Source: Patescibacteria group bacterium (lineage in GTDB: Bacteria > Patescibacteriota > Minisyncoccia > Phycocordibacterales > WO2-35-19). From it: a stretch of DNA of 64,000 nucleotides. This document shows, in pieces, positions 17,065-27,868 of this stretch (position 1 is its first letter; the number at the start of each line of letters is the position of its first letter). The stretch lies in assembly GCA_038065655.1 (NCBI GenBank), contig JBBTQO010000001.1:2517-66516 (forward strand). Direction: 5' to 3'. The notes beneath the pieces are model-generated. The model did no database searches and was not told the DNA's origin. It was given only the letters and a program-made list of their open reading frames with translations. The position numbers were made by a program, and so were the translations under genes.

Positions 17065-18363
17065 TTAAAAGTATAACATAGGGTCTAAGTAAGCATTGAT
17101 ACCTGATACCGGGATACTTACATTTTTACAATTAATACTAGAAGAATATTTTTGGATTTGAACTCCTTGACTAGCGTAAAGAGTAAGATGAAGATGAGGT
17201 CCGGTTGAATAGCCAGTTTGGCCGCTGTAACCAATCACCTCTCCGGTTACAACTTTTTGGCCAGCTACTACCTTAATTAAATCAAGATGACCGTAAAGAG
17301 TTGATAAACCATTTGGATGCTCTACTAAAACCCATTTACCATATGAATAGCACCCTTTTTGTTCGTCTGTGTTGCCGGTGCCAATTACGGTTCCATTAAG
17401 AGCTGCTTTAACTGGAGTGCCACGACTCGCTCTAAAATCAATTCCATTGTGAGTACCTGATGTGTAGAGGCGTTTAGCATCAATTGTTTTACCAAAATAT
17501 TGAGTGATAAAGACATTGTCCAATGGCCACGAAAGGATACCTTTACCAGAAGAAGGATAGCTATTTGGGTCAATGGCTCTTTTGAGTTGAGATTCAAATA
17601 AGAAAAGTTCTTTCTCAAATCTCTCCTTTTCCGCTTGCCTATCGGTTAACATTTTTTTGTATTCCGTCTCTTTATTTTTGGTAGTGGTTAACAGAGTACT
17701 TTTTTCTTTTTTATTTACATCTAAAATTTTGTTTTGGTCACCAAGCTCTGATTTAAAAAAAACTAATTTGTTTTTTTCTGTTTCGCTGACAGCTTTTTTA
17801 TTAAATAATTCATTTCTATAAATTTCAAGCTCTTTTGATTGGGCCCTTACTTTTTGCTGAAATTGGCCGATTGATTCATATTCATCTAAAACATCAGCTA
17901 AACTCTTGTTGGTTAAAAAACTTTCAATAAGTGATTCATCATCTTTTTGTCGCATATCGCCTAGAATTTTTGAGATAGCTAAAACATTAGATTCTATTTT
18001 TTTTTCCATGTCCCCTATTTCGCTACCGAGATTTTTAATGGTCAGGTTAGTTTTTTGGATATTAGTTTCGGTTTTCTTTATTTCTGTACCAATTTTTTGT
18101 TTGTTGATGTCAAGAACTTTTATAGCATTCTGTAGAGTTTTAGTCTCTCCGCCAACAACCTCAATTTGTTTTTCATAAACTTTTATTTCTGCGTCAAGTT
18201 GTTTAATTTTATCATTGTGACCTTCGATATTTTGTTTTATTTGGTCTACCGATTGAGCATTAGCATAATATCCTATGATAATAATAAATCCGATAAGTCC
18301 CACAAGACAAATTTGACTTATAAGTTTAATGTGGTTTATTTTTTTAAAGTGTTTGTATGGCAT
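17065..18363 (-). CDS. M23 family metallopeptidase with N-terminal coiled-coil (EnvC-like murein hydrolase/activator)
   Basis: 432 aa; TM anchor; ~250 aa coiled-coil; C-terminal M23 motifs HNGIDFRASRGTPV and GYSGQTGYSTGPHLHLTLY. Confidence 0.8.
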   Translation of the reverse strand: MPYKHFKKINHIKLISQICLVGLIGFIIIIGYYANAQSVDQIKQNIEGHNDKIKQLDAEIKVYEKQIEVVGGETKTLQNAIKVLDINKQKIGTEIKKTETNIQKTNLTIKNLGSEIGDMEKKIESNVLAISKILGDMRQKDDESLIESFLTNKSLADVLDEYESIGQFQQKVRAQSKELEIYRNELFNKKAVSETEKNKLVFFKSELGDQNKILDVNKKEKSTLLTTTKNKETEYKKMLTDRQAEKERFEKELFLFESQLKRAIDPNSYPSSGKGILSWPLDNVFITQYFGKTIDAKRLYTSGTHNGIDFRASRGTPVKAALNGTVIGTGNTDEQKGCYSYGKWVLVEHPNGLSTLYGHLDLIKVVAGQKVVTGEVIGYSGQTGYSTGPHLHLTLYASQGVQIQKYSSSINCKNVSIPVSGINAYLDPMLYF

Positions 18364-19705
18364 TTTTAATTCTATTTATTACTTCTGGTATGCCAAGTAT
18401 TTCAATAAGTGTAAATGGATCTGGCGACTTTTCTCTGCCTGATAGGGCATAGCGTAATGGCCAAAGTACCTCCCCTTTCCCTTCTTTTTCCGCCAACTTC
18501 CAAATTTCTTCTTTTATTTTTTCATAATCTTTCTCATCCATAATACTTAATACTTCTTCCGTAATACTTTTAGCCTTTTCTTTGCCTTCTCCTTTCCAGC
18601 ATATCTTGTTAGTCTCTAAAACTGGTTTTTCAAAAAAATAATCGTATTCTCCCATTTCTACTAATTCTTTTACCTCTCCCCATCTATGAATCTTGTCCAA
18701 AAATAGTTTTAGAAGTTTTTGCATAAATACCTCATCTTTTGTTTTTTCACTACCTCCCCATTTAGTTTTTGAAAATTCTGAATTAAAATTTTCAAATTTC
18801 TCTTTATCTGAAAGATGAAGAATATATTCACGGTTTAACCAATCGAGTTTCTCTACATTAAAAATTGCTCCCTTTTTTTGAACTTTTTTAATATCAAATA
18901 TTTTGATGAGTTCTGTCATACTAAATATTTCCTGGTCTATCCCCGGATTCCAGCCAACCATAGCCAAAAAATTTTTAATCGCTTCTGGCAAATATCCTTT
19001 TTCTCGATAATAAGAAACCGAAACTTGTTCGCCGTGCTTCCTTTTTGAAAGTTTTGTTTTGTCCGGCGCTAATATTAATGGCAAGTGGGCATAAATTGGT
19101 CGAGGAGCGCCAATTGCTTCTTGGATAAGGATTTGTCTAGGAGTATTGGAAATGCCATCATCGCCTCTGATAACATAATTTACCCCCATTTCAAAATCAT
19201 CTATGACCACTGCTAAGTGATATACGGGCTCTTCTAAACTTTTGGCAATAACAAAATCCTTGAGTTCGGTAGTATCAAACTCAATATCACCCCTTATAAG
19301 ATCATTAAATACTATTTTTTTGTTTGGATTTCTAAATCTAATAACTTGCCCCGAGCTTGTCGAATAGGCTTCATCATTTTCATCTTTTCTCTCTTCGGCT
19401 AAATAAGCTTTATCTTCGCTTATTAGTTTCTCCAAGTATTTTTTATAAATTTCGCTTCTTTCAGATTGCTTAACAGTTGTAGCAAAATCTGGCTCGATAC
19501 CAAGCCATTTTAAATTTTCTATTATATCGTTCGCATATTCCTTCTTAGATCTTTCTTTATCGGTGTCTTCTAGTCTAAAAACTATTTGGCCGTCATTCTG
19601 TTTGGCAAAAAGATAGTTGAAAAGAAAGGTTCTAGCGTTACCGATATGAAATAGCCCGGTTGGACTTGGTGGAAATCGTACCACCACTTTTTCTTTGTTT
19701 TCCAT
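18344..19705 (-). CDS. gltX: Glutamate--tRNA ligase
   Basis: 453 aa; class I motifs RFPPSPTGLFHIGNARTFLFN (HIGH) and KLSKRK (KMSKS). Confidence 0.85.
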   Translation of the reverse strand: MENKEKVVVRFPPSPTGLFHIGNARTFLFNYLFAKQNDGQIVFRLEDTDKERSKKEYANDIIENLKWLGIEPDFATTVKQSERSEIYKKYLEKLISEDKAYLAEERKDENDEAYSTSSGQVIRFRNPNKKIVFNDLIRGDIEFDTTELKDFVIAKSLEEPVYHLAVVIDDFEMGVNYVIRGDDGISNTPRQILIQEAIGAPRPIYAHLPLILAPDKTKLSKRKHGEQVSVSYYREKGYLPEAIKNFLAMVGWNPGIDQEIFSMTELIKIFDIKKVQKKGAIFNVEKLDWLNREYILHLSDKEKFENFNSEFSKTKWGGSEKTKDEVFMQKLLKLFLDKIHRWGEVKELVEMGEYDYFFEKPVLETNKICWKGEGKEKAKSITEEVLSIMDEKDYEKIKEEIWKLAEKEGKGEVLWPLRYALSGREKSPDPFTLIEILGIPEVINRIKNAIQTL

Positions 19706-19775
19706 AGGGCTATTATAACAGAAAATCGAATTCTGAGGATGGATAATTAAAAATCAAAATAGCTAAGATAATATA

Positions 19776-20909
19776 TTATCCTAAATTCTCGTGAGAAAGA
19801 ACGATGGAAAGTAGTTCGTGGGCGATGGTATCACTGGCACCGGGCTTGAAGAAATTTTTAGCTCCTTCTATCATTTTTCCACTGATTTCTTTACTTTCTA
19901 TTATTCTTTTTATTTCAGTCAACAAGATGTTTGGTTTCAGATTTTCTTCTTGAATAACAGAACAAGCTCCAATCTTGGCATAGGTAAAAGCATTTTTCAC
20001 TTGATGATTTCCGTTAGAATTGGTAATCGGAATTATGATGGCAGGTTTGCCCCAAGAAGCAATTTCAAATATAGTCGAACCGGCCCTGCTAATAATTAGA
20101 TTTGCTACACCGGCGGCCATTCTCATTTCAAGACCATTTAGATAAGCAAAAGGTTTATATCTAGCTCTGTGCTGATTTTCTAAAAGTATGGCGGCGGCCG
20201 ACTCTTTCATTATTTCAATATTAGCCTGGCCCGTTTGATGTATTATTTGAAAACTTTTAACTAAGTCTGGTAGGATATCTAAAATGGCATTATTAATAAA
20301 TTCGGCGCCTTGAGATCCGCCCATAATAAATAAAGTAGGAATAGTTTGATTAAAGCCAAAAAATTCAGTGGCGCTATTGGTAATAGGGGTAAGTCGTTCT
20401 TCTAAAATTGGTTGACCGGTATGAATAGTTCTGTCTTCCTTAAAAAAGGGAAAGGCTTCTTTGTAGGAAATTCCAACTCTAGTGGCAAATTTACCGGCCC
20501 ATTTGTTGGCTTTACCGGGAACAGAATCTGATTCATGTATGAATACGGGAATACGCAAAATGCGAGCGGCTAAAACAGTCGGGAAACTACCAAAACCTCC
20601 TTTGCTAAATACCACATCAGGATAGATGTCAAAAACATCTAAAAGAGCGCCAATCACCCCCCAAGCAGTTTTAAACAGATCAAAAAAATTTAAAATAGAA
20701 AAATATCTACGGATTTTGCCGGCAGTCACTTTTTTAAATTTGATATTGTGGTCGTAAAGCAGACCCTGATTATATGGAGCGGGTGCAAAAAAATACATTT
20801 CTGGCGTTATCAGTTTTTTTTCTTTAGCTATTTTTTGGATTGATTCAATAATAGCAATAATCGGATAAAAATGTCCGCCTGTTCCCCCGCCTGTAAAAAT
20901 TATTTTCAT
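19776..20909 (-). CDS. murG: UDP-N-acetylglucosamine--N-acetylmuramyl-(pentapeptide) pyrophosphoryl-undecaprenol GlcNAc transferase
   Basis: 377 aa; MKIIFTGGGTGGHFYP N-terminal glycine-rich motif and GT28 C-terminal domain. Confidence 0.85.
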   Translation of the reverse strand: MKIIFTGGGTGGHFYPIIAIIESIQKIAKEKKLITPEMYFFAPAPYNQGLLYDHNIKFKKVTAGKIRRYFSILNFFDLFKTAWGVIGALLDVFDIYPDVVFSKGGFGSFPTVLAARILRIPVFIHESDSVPGKANKWAGKFATRVGISYKEAFPFFKEDRTIHTGQPILEERLTPITNSATEFFGFNQTIPTLFIMGGSQGAEFINNAILDILPDLVKSFQIIHQTGQANIEIMKESAAAILLENQHRARYKPFAYLNGLEMRMAAGVANLIISRAGSTIFEIASWGKPAIIIPITNSNGNHQVKNAFTYAKIGACSVIQEENLKPNILLTEIKRIIESKEISGKMIEGAKNFFKPGASDTIAHELLSIVLSHENLG

Positions 20910-20945
20910 ATTGTTAAAATTTTCAATTTTAAATTAAAAATTCTG

Positions 20946-22055
20946 CTACCCCTTTGACCTTGCATATCTAGATATATTCATTACTATTCCGACTTCGACT
21001 AAAGTAATGAAAAGAGCGGTTCCACCGTGACTAACAAAGGGCAGGGGTATGCCAGTCAAGGGTAAAACGCCAATCATCCCACCTATATTTACAAAAGCCT
21101 GAGACACTATCATTATAACAATTCCCAGGGCCAAGAGTCTACCAAAATGGTCATTAGAATTTGAAGCTATTTTTAGACCTTCCAAACCAAACATTATGAA
21201 GAGAGCAATAATAATAAAGGCGCCAACAAAACCAAACTCTTCGGCGGCTACTGCAAAAACCGAATCCCCCACTGGTTCTGGCAGGTAGCGAAACTTCTGA
21301 ATACTTTGGCCAAATCCCCTACCCCAAATCTGACCAGAACCGACGGCGATAAGTGATTGATTGAGTTGATAACCACTAGTTTGATTGTTGGCCGATGGGT
21401 CGAGCATCACTTGGATTCTTTGTTTTATGTAAGGTCTGGTGAAATAAAGGATCACTAAAATGGCCGCACCGGCAACTAGTATTGTTAAGATATGACGCCA
21501 TTTAGCGCCAGAGGCAATATACATTGATAAAGCAGCAAAAAGAATTACCGCAAAAGTATCTGTATCTGGTTGAGCCAACAAAATTACTCCGAGTATTCCA
21601 ATGAATATTCCGAAAGGCAAAAGTCCCCAAGAAAAAGTGCCCACTTTATTTTTGATTCCAGAAAGCCAAGCGGCAAAATAGGCAATAAAGGCAATTTTTA
21701 AAATTTCAGCGGGCTGAAAAGAAATAAAACCTAAATTAATCCAACGCTTAGCGCCACCGTGCTCTATCCCAATACCGGGCACAAAAACCAAAAGAGTTAA
21801 AACAATAGCACCTATCAAAAAAACAAAAGAATATTTTTTCCAAACGTGGTAATCAATTTTGGCAAAAATAAGACAAGCAATCGAACCCAAAAATAATCCG
21901 TAGAAAATTTGATTGAAAGCGACATTGGAAAATTTGACTTCGTCTCTCGCTAAAACTCCGAGTGAGGCAGAACTAAAAATAAAAAAACCAATCACAATCA
22001 AAGTGATTGTCCACGCTAAAAAAGGTCGACTTATTTTCCCGAGTCTGGTTGCCAT
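20946..22055 (-). CDS. ftsW: SEDS family peptidoglycan polymerase FtsW/RodA
   Basis: 369 aa; ~10 TM helices; conserved SEDS region LPEPVGDSVFAV and GGTALF. Confidence 0.8.
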   Translation of the reverse strand: MATRLGKISRPFLAWTITLIVIGFFIFSSASLGVLARDEVKFSNVAFNQIFYGLFLGSIACLIFAKIDYHVWKKYSFVFLIGAIVLTLLVFVPGIGIEHGGAKRWINLGFISFQPAEILKIAFIAYFAAWLSGIKNKVGTFSWGLLPFGIFIGILGVILLAQPDTDTFAVILFAALSMYIASGAKWRHILTILVAGAAILVILYFTRPYIKQRIQVMLDPSANNQTSGYQLNQSLIAVGSGQIWGRGFGQSIQKFRYLPEPVGDSVFAVAAEEFGFVGAFIIIALFIMFGLEGLKIASNSNDHFGRLLALGIVIMIVSQAFVNIGGMIGVLPLTGIPLPFVSHGGTALFITLVEVGIVMNISRYARSKG

Positions 22056-22083
22056 ATAAACATTTTAGCATATGTTTTCTTGG

Positions 22084-23157
22084 CTACCCAATTAAAGCTA
22101 AAGTGATGCCGAGGAGGGCGCAGACAAGGGAGAAAATCCAGTAACGCATAGTGACTTTATAAGCGGGCCAACCAATGGCTTCAAAATGGTGGTGTAAGGG
22201 TGCTACCAAAAATACTTTCTTGCCTCTTATTTTTTTAGATATGACCTGAATAATGTTGGATAAAACAGTGATAACTAAAGGCAAAGCGATAACTGGTAAA
22301 ACCAAAAGACCATAACCTTCTCCTAATCTATCGGTCATAAAAGCAACAACCGTCAAAGTAATGGTCAAGCCCATTGTTCCCGTCTCAGACATATAAAATC
22401 TGGCCGGTGGAATATTAAACCAAAGAAAGGCCAAAATACCTCCAGTAACAGTGGCACAAAAGGCTGCCAAGTCTATTTGTTGTTGATAAAAAGCGATACC
22501 GGCATAAGCAGCAAACATAGTGGCAAAAACGCCGCCAGCCAAACCATCGAGCCCGTCAATCACTCCCCCTGCATAAATAAAAAGTGCGGTTCCTAAAAAT
22601 AATAAAATAAAAATCGGTCCAAGATAAAGTTCTCCCCCGTTTAAGCCAAATGGGAGGCCGATACTGACAACATCTAGTTTTATAAAAAACCACCAAGCGC
22701 AGGCTAAAGCAATTATTGAAACTATTGATAAACGTATTCTCAGCGATAGACCTCCGCCATTAGTAGAACCTTTTATTTCTAAATAATCATCAATGAGTCC
22801 TGCTAATGCGCCGAGTATTAATGTAGCCAATGGTACCCAAGTTTGGCTTCGAGAAAGAAAATCGAGTTTGATGGTTGATTCGGTTGGTATTAAATAAGAA
22901 AGAGCCCAAATCAAAAACATCATTAGCCCAGCGCTAAACCAAATAATAACGCCACCCATTCTCGGAGTGTTTATTTCTTTTTCCTTATGAAGTTCATTAA
23001 AAATTTTGGCCTCAGTGCCATCAAGAGCCGTCTTGCCACTTTTCTTTTTCCACATCTGATGGGAATAAAGATAATTGGTCAAAATTGGCGTTAGCAAAAC
23101 TCCGAGCACGAACGCCCCCACCGCTGGCAAAAAAACTTTTACAATATCTATCATCAT
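22084..23157 (-). CDS. mraY: Phospho-N-acetylmuramoyl-pentapeptide transferase
   Basis: 357 aa; PTMGG-like TPRMGGVII, DDYLEIKG, HHHFE motifs of MraY. Confidence 0.85.
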   Translation of the reverse strand: MMIDIVKVFLPAVGAFVLGVLLTPILTNYLYSHQMWKKKSGKTALDGTEAKIFNELHKEKEINTPRMGGVIIWFSAGLMMFLIWALSYLIPTESTIKLDFLSRSQTWVPLATLILGALAGLIDDYLEIKGSTNGGGLSLRIRLSIVSIIALACAWWFFIKLDVVSIGLPFGLNGGELYLGPIFILLFLGTALFIYAGGVIDGLDGLAGGVFATMFAAYAGIAFYQQQIDLAAFCATVTGGILAFLWFNIPPARFYMSETGTMGLTITLTVVAFMTDRLGEGYGLLVLPVIALPLVITVLSNIIQVISKKIRGKKVFLVAPLHHHFEAIGWPAYKVTMRYWIFSLVCALLGITLALIG

Positions 23158-23178
23158 AAATTTAAATTATACTACTTT

Positions 23179-24123
23179 TTATTTCTCTTGTTGAATATAT
23201 TTTAAACTTGAATCTACTAATTTCAAAGCATCGGTGAAGCGACCATCTGCGGAAGAACCAAGAATAGAGACAATAATGGGGCGGCCAAGCCCGGCATCAA
23301 AAGCAATAACTAAATTACCGCCAGCCAAATCGGTGTAGCCGGTTTTGGAGGCGATAAGGTTTGGTATTTGATCGACGAAATCGTTGGTGTTTGTGGCAGA
23401 GTAAACTTTTTCGGCACTTTTGAATTCCAAATTTTTATAACGAGTGGCCTCTAACATTTCGGGAAAATTTTTAAGCGTGTATTCAAAAAGGAGTGCCGTA
23501 TCTTTGGCCGAGCCATAGGCGCCCCCCCTATCAACCGTCCTATCTAAACCGTGCTCATTAAAAAATCTACTATTAGAAAGACCGATTTCAGATGCGGTAT
23601 TGTTCATTTCTTCTATAAATTTATTTCTCAAATCTTCATTTTTTAGAGTATTATTTTCAAATGCGTTTTCTTTGGCCTCAGCCACTGCCGCCAAAGCAAA
23701 AGCGCCATCATTGGACGAAGTGAGTAGTGTAAAATCCCTTAAATCATTTGCTTGCCAAATGTCGCCTACTACTAATTTTGAGTCCCCTTCTGGCTCTAAA
23801 TATTCTTGCAAAATTTCTATATTGGAGGAATTTGGAAATTTGGAAATTATTACTAACGCCGTCATCACCTTGGTTAGTGAAGCCAAAGGCAAAGAGATAT
23901 CAGCATCTTTAGAAAATAATTCTCTATTATTTATCACATCCCAAACTACGGCGCTTTTAGCTTCTAACATTATTTCTTGGAATGGGTTTGGTTTTTTAGT
24001 CGCTAGGTCATTTTTTCTTCCCATCAAAGATTTTTGACCAATAATCAAAAGACCGAAAACTATGGCCGAGGCAATAAAAAGAAAAACAAGAACATTAATA
24101 AAATATTTTGTTCTTTTTTCCAT
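23179..24123 (-). CDS. Serine-type D-Ala-D-Ala carboxypeptidase (PBP5/DacA-like, S11)
   Basis: ORF to 24204 overlaps scpB; start chosen at MEKRTKYF (24123). SxxK motif LPLASLTKVMT, SxN and KTG (SKTGYT) motifs. Confidence 0.7.
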   Translation of the reverse strand: MEKRTKYFINVLVFLFIASAIVFGLLIIGQKSLMGRKNDLATKKPNPFQEIMLEAKSAVVWDVINNRELFSKDADISLPLASLTKVMTALVIISKFPNSSNIEILQEYLEPEGDSKLVVGDIWQANDLRDFTLLTSSNDGAFALAAVAEAKENAFENNTLKNEDLRNKFIEEMNNTASEIGLSNSRFFNEHGLDRTVDRGGAYGSAKDTALLFEYTLKNFPEMLEATRYKNLEFKSAEKVYSATNTNDFVDQIPNLIASKTGYTDLAGGNLVIAFDAGLGRPIIVSILGSSADGRFTDALKLVDSSLKYIQQEK

Positions 24124-24142
24124 TTCAAAAAATTTTTTTGAA

Positions 24143-24685
24143 TTATTCCACATTTTCTTTTTCTGTGTTTCCTGCTTCTTTAATTTTATTTTTAAACATT
24201 TCAAACTCCGGCAACTCTCTTATTGTTTTTAAACCTAAATGAGCTAAAAGAGATAAACTGCCTTTGTACTTAAAAATTCTCTGATCCTTAGAATCTAGCT
24301 CTCTTTCAACCAATCCTCGGATACAAAGATTTCGCAATATAAAAGTCGAATTGACTCCCCTCACATAATCAATCTCTCTTCTGGTTACAGGCCCATTATA
24401 TAGTATAATCGCCAATGTTTCCAAGCTCGCTTTACCTATTTCTTTGCTCATTTCATCTCTAGCGATTCCTTCAATTAAGTCTTTTACGCCTTCCGCGGTC
24501 GCCAAACTTACCTCTTCTTCAGTTTTTATTAAACAAATTCCTCTACCTTCTAATGATTCTGTCAAATTTTTTAGGGCTTCCTCAATTTCTGATTCTTTTA
24601 CATCTAGCAACTGTGAAAGTTTTTTTATTTCTAAAGGCTCATTTTTGTAAAAAAGCACCGCTTCTATTTTTTGTTCTAAATTCAT
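24143..24685 (-). CDS. scpB: Segregation and condensation protein B
   Basis: 180 aa; winged-helix ScpB signature (EAVLFYKNEPLEIKKLSQLL, NGPVTRREIDYVRGV). Confidence 0.8.
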   Translation of the reverse strand: MNLEQKIEAVLFYKNEPLEIKKLSQLLDVKESEIEEALKNLTESLEGRGICLIKTEEEVSLATAEGVKDLIEGIARDEMSKEIGKASLETLAIILYNGPVTRREIDYVRGVNSTFILRNLCIRGLVERELDSKDQRIFKYKGSLSLLAHLGLKTIRELPEFEMFKNKIKEAGNTEKENVE

Positions 24686-24695
24686 AATTTAAAAA

Positions 24696-25448
24696 TTAAT
24701 AATTAGGTGTTCCCAATTCTTCTGATTCTATCTCTATATCTTTGAAGTGTTCCTCTTGACTAGCCCGTACTGCTCCTCGCTTTACCAATTCTAACATAGC
24801 CAGAAAGCCAACAATTATGTTAATTTTCTCTTCCTTCTCCATGCCAGCCCGCCCTGAGCTTGTCGAATGGGAAAAATTCTTAAAACTCATTTTAATACTG
24901 GTTTTTATTCTTTCTGTTAATTTATCAATCATCTCCTCCAAACTTATTATTTTCTGGACTACAACCTTTGGCAACTTCTCTATTTTTTGAGGCATATTTT
25001 TTAATACTTCAGCTAAGGCGCTCTTAAGAGAAGATAAAGAAATATCCGATGTTGGCGAAAAAACAACATTTGCTTTTTTATTTTCCCTAGCAAAATATAA
25101 AAAATTACCAAATATTTTACTTAAACCTCCGGACAATTCCTTATATTTTTTGTAGGAAATTAGGCGGCTTTCTAAATCTTCAATGCTCCCTTGTTCCTCT
25201 TCAGTGAGGGGAAGATTGGGCAGAAGTGATTTTGATTTTATGAGAAGCAAAGTAGAAGCGACCAAAATAAAATCAGCCGAATCAGACATAGGGAATTCTT
25301 CAAATGACTTTATATGTTCAATAAATTCATCAGCGACTTGCGAGAGTGAGAGGTCGCTGATGTGGAGTTTCCTTTTTTCAATTAAGTCCAAGACTAGCTC
25401 CAAAGGTCCTTCAAAATCCCCCACTTTAACTTTGAAATCTTCCGGCAT
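24696..25448 (-). CDS. scpA: Segregation and condensation protein A
   Basis: 250 aa; N-terminal FEGPLELVLDLIEKRKLHISDLSLSQV typical of ScpA (kleisin). Confidence 0.8.
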   Translation of the reverse strand: MPEDFKVKVGDFEGPLELVLDLIEKRKLHISDLSLSQVADEFIEHIKSFEEFPMSDSADFILVASTLLLIKSKSLLPNLPLTEEEQGSIEDLESRLISYKKYKELSGGLSKIFGNFLYFARENKKANVVFSPTSDISLSSLKSALAEVLKNMPQKIEKLPKVVVQKIISLEEMIDKLTERIKTSIKMSFKNFSHSTSSGRAGMEKEEKINIIVGFLAMLELVKRGAVRASQEEHFKDIEIESEELGTPNY

Positions 25449-25449
25449 T

Positions 25450-26886
25450 TTAATCCCTTACTTTTATGTGTAATTCACGGAGTTGTTTTTCGGAAATTTC
25501 AGACGGAGAATTCATCATAAAATCTTTACCTTCACCAGTTTTAGGAAAAGCAATCACCTCGCGAATGTTGGGCTCATTTTGGAGGAGCATCACAAGCCTA
25601 TCAAGCCCCCAAGCAATACCACCGTGTGGCGGGGTGCCAAGACGGAAAGCTTGAAGCATATGGCCAAAATCTGATTCAATTGTTTTAATATCATAACCCA
25701 AAATTTCAAAAACTTTTTGCAAAGCTTCATATTGGTGGTTGCGGATACTGCCGCCCCCTATTTCATAACCATTCAAAACAATGTCATATTGAGAAGTTAT
25801 AATATTGCCAATATTTTCTTTTTTGATTAACCATTCCATATGTTCTGGAATTGGTCGGGAAAATGGATTGTGAGTGAAAGTCCAATCCCCTTGCATTTGC
25901 TTGTTGTCAGAAGCTTTGGTTTTTTCAAAAAATGGAAAATCAATAACCCAACAAAATGCCAAAAGGTCTGGATCATTTTTGTCTTTACGTAAATCTGGTC
26001 GGTCAGTACCGTATTTTTCTGTGGCTTCTTTATAAGAAATTCTGGGGAATGGTTTTTCTTGGATTTTTTTGTTTGGATACAAATTTTCCACAATGGCGGT
26101 CAGGATTTTTTCGTTGACCTCTATCACGTCTTCTCTTTGGACAAAACTCATCTCCATATCAAGCTGAGTAAATTCGGGCTGTCTATCCCCTCTTGAATCT
26201 TCGTCGCGCAAACATTTGGCAATCTGGAAATACCTTTCAACACCGCCGGTCATAAGAAGTTGTTTGTATTGTTGCGGTGACTGAGGCAAGGCGTAAAACT
26301 TGCCCTTGTAGAGTCGTGAAGGTACGACAAAATCGCGAGCACCTTCGGGAGTTGATTTGGTGAGGAGCGGAGTTTCAACTTCTATAAAATCATTTTTAAC
26401 AAATTCGTCTCGCGTCATTTTTATTATTTCATGGCGCATTCGCATATTTTTTTGAACTCTTTGATTTCTTAAATCCAAATAACGGTATTTTAGTCTGGTG
26501 TCTTCGTTAACACCCATAGTGTCGTCTGATATGTCAAAAGGTAGAGCTTCAGCTTTATTTAGGATTTCAATATTTTTAACTTCCAATTCTATTTCGCCAT
26601 TTAAAACTCCTACTTTAATATTTTTTTCTGGGCGTTTGTTTACTACACCACTTATAGCCAAAACCCATTCGGTGCGTATTTCCCTTGACTCGCCGTAGCC
26701 TTGGCGAAGGAGACTTTGGTTTATTTCATCTATATTGTTAGTAAGCACGACACACTGGACTAATCCGGTCATATCGCGCATATCCATAAAAACCATTTTG
26801 CCTTGGTCGCGTCTGACATTAACCCAACCCTTTATAATGACTTCCTTTCCAATATGTTCTTTTAAATCTCTTATATATGTTCTCAT
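25450..26886 (-). CDS. aspS: Aspartate--tRNA ligase (archaeal/eukaryotic-type, probably non-discriminating)
   Basis: 478 aa; OB-fold N-terminus; class II motifs FRLGTPPHGGIAWGLDRLVMLL, QSPQ loop. Confidence 0.85.
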   Translation of the reverse strand: MRTYIRDLKEHIGKEVIIKGWVNVRRDQGKMVFMDMRDMTGLVQCVVLTNNIDEINQSLLRQGYGESREIRTEWVLAISGVVNKRPEKNIKVGVLNGEIELEVKNIEILNKAEALPFDISDDTMGVNEDTRLKYRYLDLRNQRVQKNMRMRHEIIKMTRDEFVKNDFIEVETPLLTKSTPEGARDFVVPSRLYKGKFYALPQSPQQYKQLLMTGGVERYFQIAKCLRDEDSRGDRQPEFTQLDMEMSFVQREDVIEVNEKILTAIVENLYPNKKIQEKPFPRISYKEATEKYGTDRPDLRKDKNDPDLLAFCWVIDFPFFEKTKASDNKQMQGDWTFTHNPFSRPIPEHMEWLIKKENIGNIITSQYDIVLNGYEIGGGSIRNHQYEALQKVFEILGYDIKTIESDFGHMLQAFRLGTPPHGGIAWGLDRLVMLLQNEPNIREVIAFPKTGEGKDFMMNSPSEISEKQLRELHIKVRD

Positions 26887-26894
26887 TATATTTT

Positions 26895-27851
26895 TTAAAT
26901 TACTCCGATAGCTTTTTTAACTTGTAACATTTTTTTATCAGCTGTTTCTCTGGCCTTTTCTTTACCATCTGCCAAAACTTTATTTATAAAATTCAAATCT
27001 TTAGCTATCTCGACTCGCCTCTCTCGCATAGGCTCTATAAATTTCTTCAAATCTTCAATCAGTATTTCTTTCAAAATTTTATACTTTCCTTTATTTTCCT
27101 CATAAATTTTTTCTAATTCGTTCTCGTCTCTAACTAATTTGTGAATAGCAAAAACGTTTTCTGGTCGCTCCCCCGCTGAGTCGGTGACGATAGCCATTAC
27201 AAATTTTTCTATCTCTTTATCTTCAGCAAATAAACCCAAATCATTTTCATGGCTCTTGCTCATCTTTTTGCCATCAGAACCGGGTACTATTTCAACATCT
27301 TTTAAAATATAAGGTTCTGGTAATTTAAATGTCTCGCCAAATATTCTGTTAAATTTTAGGGCGGTGTCTCGGGCAAATTCAATGTGTTGTTTTTGATCTT
27401 GGCCGACAGGCACGATATCAGTATCGTAAAGTAAAATATCGGCGGCCATAAGCATTGGGTAAGTAAAAGTGCCAGCGCTGACATATTCTTCGCCACCTTT
27501 GGCCACGGCATCCTTATAAGCGTGCGCTCTTTTCAAATATGGCACGGTAGTGATGGTGTCAAAAATCCAAGCCAGTTCGGTATGTTCCAACACATCTGAT
27601 TGTTTAAAAATCACCGATTTTTTTGGGTCAAGACCAATCGCCAGAAAATCAATAGCCACATCAAGCGATAATTTTCTCATTTCTTCGGCATTTTGCACTA
27701 GATTTAAAGCGTGGTAGTCAACTACACAAAAATAATTTGTACCACCTTCATTTTCATTTTGCAATTTTACAAACTGACGCATTGCGCCAAAATAGTTACC
27801 AATATGTGGCCTACCAGTCGGCTTTATTCCTGAAAATATGGTTTTTTGCAT
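26895..27851 (-). CDS. trpS: Tryptophan--tRNA ligase
   Basis: 318 aa; IFSGIKPTGRPHIGNY (HIGH) and KMSKS motifs. Confidence 0.85.
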   Translation of the reverse strand: MQKTIFSGIKPTGRPHIGNYFGAMRQFVKLQNENEGGTNYFCVVDYHALNLVQNAEEMRKLSLDVAIDFLAIGLDPKKSVIFKQSDVLEHTELAWIFDTITTVPYLKRAHAYKDAVAKGGEEYVSAGTFTYPMLMAADILLYDTDIVPVGQDQKQHIEFARDTALKFNRIFGETFKLPEPYILKDVEIVPGSDGKKMSKSHENDLGLFAEDKEIEKFVMAIVTDSAGERPENVFAIHKLVRDENELEKIYEENKGKYKILKEILIEDLKKFIEPMRERRVEIAKDLNFINKVLADGKEKARETADKKMLQVKKAIGVI

Positions 27852-27868
27852 AACTTTATAATAGCAAT

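Noticed and set aside
24143-24204. 62-nt overlap between the dacA-like and scpB ORFs; 77-nt overlap between DUF167 and methyltransferase ORFs
   Set aside because: Overlaps disappear when internal, motif-consistent start codons are used (MEKRTKYF for dacA; MKIFVKAKV for DUF167); ORF-finder N-terminal over-extension.
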